Assembly: GCA_964016885.1 (NCBI GenBank)
Contig: OZ024743.1
Span: forward strand, 161,820,001 to 161,884,000
Reading direction: 5' to 3'
Source of the DNA: Eledone cirrhosa
Taxonomy: Eukaryota
Length of the DNA: 64,000 bases
Shown: positions 14,840 through 28,762 of the stretch, in pieces
How positions within the stretch are numbered: the first letter of the stretch is position 1
Layout: every line of letters begins with the position of its first letter
The notes under the pieces: model-generated
What the model was told of the DNA's origin: nothing
The model's input: the letters and a program-made list of their open reading frames with translations, nothing else
Database searches by the model: none
Program-made: the position numbers and the translations under genes

Positions 14840-17070
14840 ATACACAACATTACACCAACACACATTTCACTAACACACAACATTACACCAACACACATTT
14901 CACTAACACACAACATTACACCAACTCCAAAACTTTACACCAACACACAACATTACACCAACACACAACATTACACCAACACACATTTCACTAACACACA
15001 ACATTACACCAACACACATTTCACTAACACACAACTTTACACCAACACACAACTTTACACCAACACACAACTTTACACCAACACACAACATTACACCAAC
15101 ACACAACATTACACCAACTCCAAAACTTTACACCAACACACAACTTTACACCAACACACAACTTTACACCAACACACAACTTTACACCAACACACAACTT
15201 TACACCAACACACAACATTACACCAACACACAACATTACACCAACTCACAACATTACACCAACTCACAACATTACACCAACTCCAAAACTTTACACCAAC
15301 ACACATTACACTCACCAATACACATTACACCAACTCACAACATTACACCAACGCACAACATTACACCAACACACAACATTACACCAACACACAACATTAC
15401 ACCAACACACAACATTACACCAACACACAACATTACACCAACACACAACATTACACTCACCAACTCACAACATTACACTCACCAACTCACAACATTACAC
15501 TCACCAACTCACAACATTACACTCACCAACTCACAACATTACACTCACCAACTCACAACATTACACTCACCAACTCACAACATTACACTCACCAACTCAC
15601 AACATTACACTCACCAACTCACAACATTACACTCACCAACTCACAACATTACACTCACCAACTCACAACATTACACTCACCAACTCACAACATTACACTC
15701 ACCAACTCACAACATTACACTCACCAACTCACAACATTACACTCACCAACTCACAACATTACACTCACCAACTCACAACATTACACTCACCAACTCACAA
15801 CATTACACTCACCAACTCACAACATTACACTCACCAACTCACAACATTACACTCACCAACTCACAACATTACACTCACCAACTCACAACATTACACTCAC
15901 CAACTCACAACATTACACTCACCAACTCACAACATTACACTCACCAACTCACAACATTACACTCACCAACTCACAACATTACACTCACCAACTCACAACA
16001 TTACACTCACCAACTCACAACATTACACTCACCAACTCACAACATTACACTCACCAACTCACAACATTACACTCACCAACTCACAACATTAAACCAACTC
16101 ACAACATTACACCAACTCACAACATTACACCAACTCACAACATTACACCAACTCACAACATTACACCAACTCACAACATTACACCAACTCACAACATTAC
16201 ACTCACCAACACACAACATTACACCAACACACAACATTACACCAACGCACAACATTACACCAACGCGCAACATTACACCAACGCGCAACATTACACCAAC
16301 GCGCAACACTACACCAACGCGCAACACTACACCAACGCGCAACATTACACCAACGCGCAACATTACACCAACTCGCAACATTACACCAACTCGCAACATT
16401 ACACTCGCCAACTCACAACATTACACTCGCCAACTCACAACATTACACTCGCCAACTCACAACATTACACTCGCCAACTCACAACATTACACTCGCCAAC
16501 TCACAACATTACACTCGCCAACTCACAACATTACACTCGCCAACTCACAACATTACACTCGCCAACTCACAACATTACACTCGCCAACTCACAACATTAC
16601 ACTCGCCAACTCACAACATTACACTCGCCAACTCACAACATTACACTCGCCAACTCACAACATTACACTCGCCAACTCACAACATTACACTCGCCAACTC
16701 ACAACATTACACTCGCCAACTCACAACATTACACTCGCCAACACAGCATTACACTCGCCAACACACAGCATTACACTCGCCAACACACAGCATTACACTC
16801 GCCAACACACAGCATTACACTCGCCAACACAATATAACTCTCACCAACACACAATATAACTCACCAACTCACAACAACATTACACTCACCAACACACTCA
16901 CCAACACACAACAACATTACAACAACCAACACACAACATTATACTCACCAACACACAACATTACAACAACCAACACGCAACATTACAACAACCAACACAC
17001 AACAACATTACAACAACCAATACACAACAACATTACAACAACCAACACACAACATTACACTCACCAATAC
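14840..17070. repeat. Compound CA-rich minisatellite (18- and 22-bp units)
   Basis: Blocks of ACACAACATTACACCAAC, ACTCACAACATTACACTCACCA and ACTCACAACATTACACTCGCCA. Confidence 0.97.
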
Positions 17071-19242
17071 AACAACCGCTCAAACATCGATTTTATCAAC
17101 ACACAAGCACATAGACATCGATTTTATCAACCACAAGCACATAGACATCCTGTTTCTACTCTCTATATCATTTATCACTACTATAATGGCAACCTGTATA
17201 TATCTGCCCACCTGATGCATACAAATCTTCTAAAATCATCCTGGCAGTCTCCCCCCCCCCCCCCCCCCCCCCACCTTTAGCATTAAATAATTTTTAGAAT
17301 CCTTCCTTCTCACACCTGCAACCCTCTAACAGAGCCCTTTCTGTCTGTGTTATTTCTGCAAACATTGAACTACAGATCTTCAAACTGAATATTAGTCACA
17401 TCAATCTCAGCAATCTAGGGGGACTTATAATGGTCATGACACTAACTGATTAACTAATAAAAAATATATACTTGTTAATGAGATCTCAAATTATGATTAT
17501 AGGTCAAACTATAATAGCATTGTATAAAATGTCAGGTGGTGACATTTACATCTAGATTGATCAAGTTATTCTCTTACAAAATATCAAAACCACTAACTGA
17601 AAATAGTGAGTGGTCATCCATGAGAGCCATGGATGACCAAGCCATCAGATAATCAGCAGAGACCAGCAGATTGCATACCATCACAGGGATTTCTGCGTCA
17701 CTTTCAGTACAGTTCAAATAGCTGTAGGATAGTTTGTTGTAAGCAGTATCAGTTGTATAAAATTTAACAAGGATTTTTACAGCTTGTTCCTGTAGGCTTT
17801 AGTGACCATGATAGACATACTATCAATGCAAATCTATTTTCCAATACAATCTCAAACATTCCACTCTAAATGAAGTAAAACTGAGATAAACTAAAGGAAA
17901 TAAAGGAAAACTAGACATAAACAGCATACATTCAACATAATACATTGGATAAGTTCAATTCTCTTCCAACTCTATTTCTATCTATGCTTTCTATAAAGAC
18001 ATCAACTGGCAAATATTCAAGCTGGACATCAATCACAACAGTGCCACCTGATCATGGTATAAGAGAAATAGCAATGAAATTTCTCTCAACTACTCTCCAG
18101 TCTTCAATAATCGCACCACCCCCCAACACTTATTTTTCAATTTTCACCACCACCACCACCACAAGTGTACTTATCATCAAGAAGGGTACCAGTTGATGAG
18201 GAGGGCTCCAAATTAAGCCACGCAATCAAATAAAGTATTAGTCATGTATTGAGATTGATTTCATTAACTTTGCTCTTCCCTCAAATTTGCTGGCCTTGTG
18301 CCTAAATTAGAAATCAATATTTAGTTATGACCTTTTAAATTCCAAGTTCAAATCCTATTGGAGTGTCTTTTCTCTTTCCAAGCTTAATATAATAGAATAA
18401 GTAGCGGTCAAGAAAGCAATAGATGTCCCTTAATCTGATCTGCACAACACATGCCAGGACAGACCACCATCTCCATAAATGGGAAATGAAAGACAGCACA
18501 GCATGTGACTAGAGATACTGAGCTGACCTTTTTACATGTTCTTCGGGATTTCCCCCCTCAGACATTTTCCCCGGCAGGAGGCAATCCATAATACTACAAA
18601 TGGTGTCTTAGTCTGGCTCACCAATCACAATCTACCTCTCTAACTATTGTGCATATGCCAAGAGGAAGTGGCAGTCAAGTACTAGGGGCAATCATTCTAA
18701 TCCAATTTTATGGTCTTGTTATAAATTAATAGGATTATAATTTTTAGTGCTATTATCCTTATCTTTAAAGATAATTTTTTTTTTTAAATATATGATATCT
18801 ATGTTATGTTTCAGTTGGTTTGAACTTCAGTTATCACTAGGAGTCCTATTCTAGGATGTGAACATAGGTCTAGTGGATAAGAATGGTACCCTTAATTTAG
18901 AAATAAAGTTTCCTAGTTCAAATTTAGTCTAGGACTATGTACACATCAGGAATATGACAGCTGATGATTAAATGATAGAAAGTCAACCAATGAAAACATA
19001 ACATCACCATTTAAAGTCCATTTTCCATGCTTGCATGGGTTACATATACTATAACGCTATGAGACTAAATAGATCAGGTGACCAAGTTTTGCTCATACAA
19101 TCTGTTTTGTGTTTGGTTTTCTATGACTGGGTACCCTTCCTAACCACAATCACAGTACAGGAAGTACAGAGAGTGGACTGAGTGCTAGGAATAAATATTA
19201 CCATTTTTCATCTCTAAAACATTTCCTACTAAGCAGTAACCT

Positions 19243-19491
19243 ACAAGACTTATCTAAATAGAGTCCCTTGCCTATCTTTTGAATAAGCCATGACCATGTT
19301 ACATACTTCATGACCATGTTACACTAGTGTCTAACACCTTTAAGCAAAATAAGTGCATGTTGAGGACAAGACTTATCTAAATAGAGTCCCTTGCCTATCT
19401 TTTGAATAAGCCATGACCATGTTACATACTTCATGACCATGTTACACTAGTGTCTAACACCTTTAAGCAAAATAAGTGCATCTTGAGGACA
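19243..19491. repeat. 123-bp direct tandem duplication
   Basis: ACAAGACTTATCTAAATAGAGTCCC... starts at both 19243 and 19366. Confidence 0.93.
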
Positions 19492-20871
19492 TCAAAGGAA
19501 GATGGTCACTATTTCATTCAAATTATATATATTTTGTCATTACTCCCAAATTCTTTTTTGTAGACTATATGGAATGCCCCATAATCTTTTAAGTGTTTAG
19601 GGTCTCAAAAAGATTTAATGGGGCCATGGGCATAAGGTCCATGTCATACACTGGTTTCATGTTTTAATGGTACATGCTACACTCCACTGTCCAGAAAGTA
19701 CACTGATAGCCCAATGACATATACATATACCCCAATGACCTTAATAGTTAGACAAAAATGATGGGGCCCTAGGGATATTGTAGTGATATACAGTGTCTTT
19801 ATATTTTATACCTGGTGGAGCCCATCTTCTCTCCAAGTCTGAACATAAACAATTTTTTTCAGAGAAGGAGACAGAGGAAGTAAGAAAGAGATTTGGAGGA
19901 AAGATCAACTGAACTGGTTCTTTTTTTTTTTATTGACCTCAAAAGGATAACAGGCAAAACTGACCCTAGTGGGCTTTGAACTCAGGGCACAGAGAGCTGG
20001 AATGAAAACTACAAAGCATTCTATCTGATGTTCTAATGACTGCTAATCAAAAGATTATGCAAAGCAAAAATAGATACATAATGAAAGAAAGAAAAGAAAA
20101 GTGGAGGGAATAGGCATGGAAAGGAATTAAAAGATGAGAAGATATGAACACAATAAGGCTTGTATCTTTTAAGATTTAATGTCACAACAACAAACCTATG
20201 GATGCTCCGAGTGACATGAAGGTAAAACAATAAATTTTAACCACAACAGAAAATGTTAAAGGAAGTGAAACAGATAAACCAATTGTTGCAATTAAATTTA
20301 CATCAATTACTGGTGCCTTAATAATGTTTTCTTTCAATGCTACACTATATTACAGATTATATCTATAGATTTTTAGCCAACATTATGTTTACAAGGTGTG
20401 TATCTAGGGCCAGCTCCATCATTAGGCCAACTAGGCAGCCACTGAACCTTAAAGACCACAGCTTAATACAAATTTGCATAATTAAATAAAATACCTTACT
20501 TCATGTAATCAATAAATAAATCACTAGATATCTTTGTGGTAAAGACCCCCTGCGATCATGAATAACCACCTAGAAAGTTCCCTTCTGACGCAAAAGTCCA
20601 GGCAAGGTATATTTGCGGAAGACCAACAATTGCCCATACATACCAGTCTCCCCTGTCCACAACAGTGATGATGTCCGAGGGAAAGGCAATGGCAGACAGC
20701 TTGGCACCAGTGACATCCTAACATACAGCTGGGTGAACTGGAGCAACAAGAAATAAAGTGTCTATCTCAAGAACACAACACACAGCTTGGTCTGGGAATC
20801 GAACTCACAACCTCACAATTGTAAGCCCAACACTAACTACTAAACCACACGCCTTCACTATTAGTGTTTAG

Positions 20872-21149
20872 GGTACAGTATGTGACATAGTATGTGGTAC
20901 AGTATGTGACATAGTATGTGGTACAGTGTTATGTGGTACAGTATGTGACATAGTATGTGGTACAGTATGTGACACAGTATGTGGTACAGTATGTGACAGT
21001 ATGCAGTACAGTGTTATGTGGTACAGTATGTGACGTTATGTGGTACAGTATGTGACATAGTATGTGGTACAGTGTTATGTGGTACAGTATGCGACATAGT
21101 ATGTGGTACAGTATGTGACATAGTATGTGGTACAGTGTTATGTGGTACA
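20872..21149. repeat. 12/24-bp minisatellite
   Basis: GGTACAGTATGTGACATAGTATGT units. Confidence 0.93.
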
Positions 21150-21333
21150 AGGTGTGCTCAAAACAAGGTGATTCTCTTTAGTCCATTCCTGAAGGATGCT
21201 TCTATGCCCAGTATTAGGCATGAAATTATGATGTCCTCTTTTTTGTCTTTTCTATATATGGTTTAACATTATATAAACACTTTACTACAGGTATATACTG
21301 AACTCTAATGTTTTTACCAATAAATTACAATAT

Positions 21334-22068
<735 letters not shown>

Positions 22069-22680
22069 ATATTTATAGGAAGGGCATCTAGCCGTAGAAA
22101 ACTTGCCAGACAAAGGTTCGGGTGGACCCACCAGTCATGTCAAAGGCATGACAACCTCCCTAGTGTTGGTGATTTACACGATAAACACACCCAGTACACA
22201 CTGTAAGGTGGTTGGTAATCCAGCTGTAGAAATTTTGCCAAAGAAAAATTAGTATTACTTGGTTTACAATATGAGTGGTTATGGTGTGATACACCATTTC
22301 AGATGTTTTCAGCATCTCGACAACTGTCCCCAATGAACCAGCTGTTTTCCCTGTCTTCATATCCTTAATTGCCTTACTATGCTGCAACTGACTTTTATGG
22401 CTGGCCTCTCAGTTGGGTCCCCTTGGGGTAGACTATCTTCCTCCCAACTTAGACCTGCAATTGCCTTAACTTGAACTTAAACAAATCTGCACTAATCTGA
22501 TGCTTTCTATGAACACAAGCAAAGGCAATCCATAAACCTACATTCAATCCCACTTACCAGTCCCATACCACTATAAACAAGGTAAAAATCAAACAAGTCC
22601 TTCAAAATCATACCCCAACACCACCTGCAAAACAACTACCAACATAGACATTCATATGCATCAATTTTGTGTATCCACAT

Positions 22681-23161
22681 CAAGGCCAGATTCAGACCTT
22701 GGGGGGATCAGGGCACTTCAAGATTGTGGGGCCCCTGATACACAAAAAATTAAAATACACACCAAACCTTCAATTTTACATTAAAGTCAGCTGGCACAAG
22801 TAATTGGAATTGAAAAGTTAAACATACAGGTATTAAATTAAAAAAATCTAACCATCCACATTTTACATCCACTTTCCACACTGGCAGTGTTGGATAGGTT
22901 GTCACAGTCCAAGACCAGACATATCAGAGCAACATCATCTTGTTCATACATTACATATTTGGTATGGCTTCTATAGCTGGATGCCCTTCCTAACATAACC
23001 ACTTTAGAGTGTTTACCGTCTCTAAAGCTGAGAAAATTTGATGAATTTTGCCACATTAAATACTTTTTGTTGAAAATATAGTTCTCGTTGTCAAAGGAGA
23101 AAAACTAAAAAGCCCAGCAGAGGATAATTTCCCCATTTGCCTTTCATTAAATCCAGCCTTG
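22681..23161. mobile_element. hAT-type MITE with 8-bp TSD and a nested RTE tail
   Basis: TIRs CAAGGCCAGATTCA / TAAATCCAGCCTTG, perfect TSD ATCCACAT at 22673-22680 and 23162-23169. Confidence 0.8.
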
Positions 23162-23526
23162 ATCCACATACATGCATACATTTAGTTCCTGAATTGGTTT
23201 AATCCAATTGCTATTCTGAACATGAAATCATGTATGTATGATAACATTCATATGAATATGTGCATCTCGGCCCATGAGTATGTAATTCAGGATTAAGTTT
23301 ATAAATAAAAATCTATACACAAGAATTAATCAGTTCATGCAGGTGAGACTTATAAATACACACACATATAGACATACATGCATAAATACATGCATACATA
23401 TATATATACACATACACACATTTATATAAAGGAAGAGAGAGAGAGATTGCGTAATTGTGATTATGCATATACATATTTTTCTTACATTTACACAGGATGT
23501 ATATATAAAACTAGATGAAATATATA

Positions 23527-23561
<35 letters not shown>

Positions 23562-23953
23562 TCATCACTGTTTAACGTCCATTTTCCATGCTTATATGGG
23601 TCCACGACATGAGACAAGTCTGGCCAGATTGACAGCACCATTCCTTGCTCAGACAGAACTATAAAATTTGGCCGCGATTTTTACAGCTGGTTGCCATTTC
23701 TAACAACACCCACATTTACAGTGTGGAACTGGATGGCACCATTATGAGAAGGGACAGGCCAGTTGGCCTTGCCGTACTCTAATCACAGCAGAACCATTTG
23801 GGAGCCACAACCAGATTTACAATGTGGAGCTGGATGGTGCTGTTATGAGGGGGCGACAGGCCAGATGGCTGCGCTGTACCCTGCTCACAGTGGAGCCATA
23901 GTTTGAGAGCCACACCCACATTTACAGTGTGGAACTGGATGGCACCATTATAT

Positions 23954-23983
<30 letters not shown>

Positions 23984-23990
<7 letters not shown>

Positions 23991-24256
23991 TTCAAAATAT
24001 TAATAAATATAGACATTCATGTGATCAAATATATTTTATTATATATATTTCAGAGGTACTGTGCTGTTTCCTCAGTACGTCCTCATCATTGAGGTAGGTC
24101 AGACATCAATTTATTTTATCTGATGAGGACGTACTGAGGAAACAGCACAGTACCTCTGAAATATATATAATAAAATATATTTGATCACATATTTGATCAC
24201 ATAAAATATATTTGATCACATGAATGTCTATATTTATTAATATTTTGAATTAATAT
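23984..24256. repeat. Fold-back insert between TA tracts
   Basis: Arms 23984-24088 and 24121-24256, 32-nt loop, unique ~90-bp tail on the right. Confidence 0.9.
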
Positions 24257-24346
24257 TAACTCCAGAAAACTTCTTTGTTGAGTGCTTCTAATCTATTGTA
24301 AAACTATATTCATTGATTAATCAATGAACCTTGTTTAACTTTTGGT

Positions 24347-24382
<36 letters not shown>

Positions 24383-24529
24383 AAAACGAGACAATCATTT
24401 TATCACCTATAGATCAGGGGAGCACGTCAGATTATATCCTTACCAGAAGGCGTGATAGTGTCTGTTATAAATACTAAATCCCCCCCCCCCCCGTGAAGAA
24501 TGCACCTCCCAACATAGCCTCATAGTTAG

Positions 24530-26946
24530 CGACCTCATAGTCAGGACTAGACGTACTCAACAACAGAGGAGGACTATATGGAAGTTAAAGGACCCTACAG
24601 CCAGTAACAAATTTAAAAGCATATTACTTGATGCTTTTGACAGTAAGGAAGAGCAATATAGAGGAACAGTGGGAATTCTTGAAGGGTTAACCTGCTGAAG
24701 GCAACAGATGAATTCTGTGGCTGGAGCAGACCTATAGGCAGGGAGAGAGTAACTTGGTGGTGGAATAGTAAGGTGGAGGAGACAATCAAGGCCAAAAAGC
24801 AGGCTTGGAAAGTATGGCGGGATGGGGGAAGTAGAGAAGACTATCAAGTGGCCAGGAGGGAAGCTAGGAGACAAGTGTACTTTGCAAGAAGGGAAGCCGA
24901 GGAAAGAAAGTTTAAGCCTGTTCTACAACGCGAGGACCAAAAACGTGAGGTGTTCAGGATTGCAAGACAATGTGTCAAGGAAAACCGTGATATTGTCGGC
25001 GAGAAGTGTGTTCATAACGATGATGGTATACTTGCCATCACTGATGCTGATAAGAAGGTAGCTTGGAAGTGTCACTACGAGAGACTATTAAATGAGGAGA
25101 ATAAATGGGAAAAAGATAGTCTGTCCCAAATTGATCCAATAGAAGGACCAGCGGTGCAAGTTAAAGGTAGTATAATAAGTAAGGCAATCAAAGATATGAA
25201 GACAGGCAAAGCAGCTGGGCCTTCGGAGATTGTTGCTTAGATGTTGAAAGCATCTGGAATGGTGGGACAAACTATGGTCACCCGGATAGTAAACCAAAGA
25301 ATACAGAATAGGGTCATACCAAATGATTGGCGTAGCAGCATCATCATTAACTGCTACAAGGGTAAAGGAGATACCCTAGATAGGGGAAACTATAGAGGCA
25401 TTAAATTGATTGACCAGGTCATGAAGGTCACAGAAAGAGTTATAGCACAATTAATCAGAGAGCAAATTGATCTAGATGAAATGCAGTTTGGGTTTGTGTC
25501 AGGTAAAAGTACCATGGACGCTCTTTTCCTTGTACGACAACTACAGGAGAAGTACCTAGCTAAAAGTATAGCCCTATACTTAGCTTTTGTTGACTTGGAG
25601 AAAGCCTTTGACAGAGTCCCCTGCTCCATTAGCTGGTGGGCTCTTAGAAAACTAGGTGTTGATGAATGGCTTGTGAGAGCTATACAAGCTATGTATAAAG
25701 AAAGTTAACTTGTCTAACACTAAAGTTCCAGTATGTAGAAAGGAAAACAGGGTACAGGTACCCTCTGGAAAATGGCCATGCTCAGTGTGTAGGAAAGAAG
25801 TAGGCAGAAATTCCATTTTCTGTCTCAAATGCAAATTATGGGGACATAAAAGTTGTAGTGGGATCACAGGTAAACTATCTAAGAACGTAGACTTTATATG
25901 TGGCCAATGCTCAGGTGCAATAAGTAGCAAGTGCCCACAGGATACTAGCTCCTTCTATTGCCCAGATGGTTCTATAGAAAAAGTGGGCACTTTCCGTTAC
26001 CTGGGTGACAAAATCAGCAGTGGTGGAGGGTGCTCTGAAAGTACAGTAGCCAGAGTCAGAACGGGATGGAAAAGTTCAGAGAGCTTATACCACTATTGAC
26101 CACTAAAGGTTTCTCTCTAAAAATGAAAGGCAGATTGTATGATGCTCGTATACGAACAGCAATGTTACATGGCAGTGAGACATGGGCCTTGTGTACAGAG
26201 GATCTGCGCAGACTGGAGAAGAACAAAGCATCCATGCTCTGTTGGATGTGTAATAGTAATATACGCGAACGGCAAAGCATAAATGAACTAAGTGAGAAAT
26301 TAGGAATAAGAGGGATCAGATGCTGTTTACTCGAAAGAAGACTACGTTGGTATGGTCACGTGATGCACATGAAAGACGACAGTTGTATAAAAAAGTGCAG
26401 AGCGATCAAAACTGATGGAACTTACGGAGTAGGTAGACCCAGAAAAACCTGGGACGATTTGATAAATTCCCACCTCACACATTTACACCTCTCTAAGACA
26501 ATGTAACTGGACCGAGAGCTTTGGCGCTACGCAGTAATACTTGCCTATGTACAAAGCGAAACCTACAATCAGTAGGCACCTCTTAACCAAATATATGCCC
26601 CATCCAACTACCCCTACTCACTCCCACCAACACCACCCTTTCTCTGTAAAGTTATGTTGGTACCACAACATCCAGTCCAAAATAAATAAGGTTCTGTAGG
26701 TGTCACGACAAAAAAACACAGTCCACGCTGTAATGTGGCCGTGTAGGTAACACGGTAAAAACCTCCCAGTCCACACTGTAAACGTAGTTGGTGTTAGGAA
26801 GGGCATCCAGCCGTAGAAAACCTGTCAGACAGCCCTATTACGAGCGAGACATGGTCACCCGACCAATCTTGCCTCAAGTGGGACAATTCCCGTCTAAACC
26901 CATGCTAGTGTGGAAGATAGACGTTAAACGTTGATGATGATGATGA
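24530..26946 (+). mobile_element. RTE-clade LINE, 5'-truncated and internally deleted, with PHD-like finger
   Basis: ORFs give KGKGDTLDRGNYRGIKL, MQFGF, LAFVDLEKAFDRVP, FRYLG, MLHGSETW, RLRWYGHV and GRPRKTW. Ends in (GAT)n. The QG and YADD motifs are missing (jump near 25703). Confidence 0.92.
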
Positions 26947-26949
26947 TAC

Positions 26950-27575
26950 ACATATCAATCTGGTGAACACACAAGCCAAATTGATTACTTGTTAGACAAG
27001 ACAATTGGACTGTAATAAATACTAAGGCCTTCCATGGGGAAGAATACACTGCCCAGCATAAGTTAGTTATTAGTGACATCAAAAATAAACTGAAGACAGA
27101 ACAAGACACGCAGGAAAATATGGAGATGGAGGGTTTGAAAACTAAAGGACTTCTCAGTTAAATATAGGTTTAGAAAGGCCCTACAGGATGCACTTGGTGA
27201 GAGGGGTGACGAGCTAGATACATAGAAGATTGAGGGCAACTGGGAATTTTTATACAGCAATCTTTTGAGAACTACTGGCAACATTTGTGGCTGGTGTAAA
27301 GTGCCAGCCAGACTGAGGGTGACATGGCGGTGGAACAGCACAGTAGAGGCAACCATTAAAGCCAAGAGGCAGGCATGGAAAGACTGGAAAAATGAGGGTA
27401 GCAGAGACCGCTAAGAAAGAAGCTAGGTGACAGATATACACAGCTCACAGAGACGCTGAAGAATGTAAATTTGCCAATGTCTTAAGACATGAGGATCAGA
27501 GGCATGAGGTGTTCTGTACTCCAAAGCAGTGTGTTAGTGTGAATCGAGATGGGGAAAAATGTGTTAGAAATGACG
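26950..27575 (+). mobile_element. RTE LINE endonuclease C-terminal/linker fragment
   Basis: Reads TYQSGEHTSQIDYLLVRQ and matches the linker of the copy at 60285. Confidence 0.75.
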
Positions 27576-27844
27576 CACAACTCCTTTTTCTATTTTTTTT
27601 TTTTTTTTGCTTCTCAATTATGCTCCATTCCTTTCCTTCTCTCCCTACCCCTCTTTCTCCTAACTTCCTTTCCTAAACCTCACACACTACCCCTACATCT
27701 ACCTGTTCTTTCCCTATCTGAACTTATTTCATGAAGGACTTCTGTCCAAAATGTTGATACTTCTCCACTTCCTTCCAGCATGAACTTAATATAACTCTAT
27801 TTTTGCATTCCTATGTTTGTTTTGTTTTGTTTCATTTTACATGC

Positions 27845-27877
<33 letters not shown>

Positions 27878-27940
27878 CTCACACGCATACATGCACACGT
27901 GTGTGTGTATATATATATACATACATACATATATACATAC

Positions 27941-28734
27941 ATGATGGCTGCCCCCTCGTTATCGAGTATGGCCATTGCACGATATACCATTATTAATAAT
28001 TATTAATTAATTCTATCGTGCAATGCCTGTGCATGAAGATATTTTTTAAAGTGAGGAAAGACTGTGCACTGAGCCATACCACTCTCTGAGTGACAGTAGC
28101 TATAACCCGAAAGGAAGAAAAGATCAACATCATCGGTAACTACTGAGCCGCAGGTTTTATATCAGAGTTATCCCAGTTTCCTGAGTTGCCTTCTCCTAGA
28201 AGAATGCCCTAACAAAGGCTAGGTGTCCTTCACTCCCAGTGGTTTAACTGCGCGATCGAGTGTCCAGCCCAACTATTTCTATGTCCCGGCGCATATACAC
28301 ACACAAAATCAGCCTCCTCACCAAGAAAAACTTGGTGGGGTTGCCAGTTTCGTCGCGGACGACCCGACCATGTGAGAAGTTGTACTGGGTTACCAGTTAC
28401 CAGTAGCACTCAAGAGTGACCCTACATACATACATACACATCATACATACATAAATACATATATACATATATTTCTATATCCCCGCGCATATACATACAC
28501 ATATACATATACATACATGTACATGTGCATATACATATTTACACACTTTTGGATGGCCGTTGACTCATATGAGTTCTTCCGCCCTTTTCAGGTTTTGTTT
28601 TTTGTCCTGCAGGGTGTCCAAAATCACCCTCCTCATCAAGTAAACTTGGTGGGGTTGCCGGTTTAGTCGCCGATGACCCAACCATGCGACAGGTTGTACT
28701 GGGTTATATGTTACCAGTAGCACAAGAGTGACCC
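27941..28734 (-). mobile_element. Two bipartite RTE derivative copies (27941-28422 and partial 28547-28734)
   Basis: Reverse complement of the 59621 5' block (GGTGGGGTTGCC.GTTT.GTCG...GTAGCAC...GTGACC), each ending in (CATA)n. Confidence 0.7.
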
Positions 28735-28762
28735 GAAATACATACATACATACACACAAACA

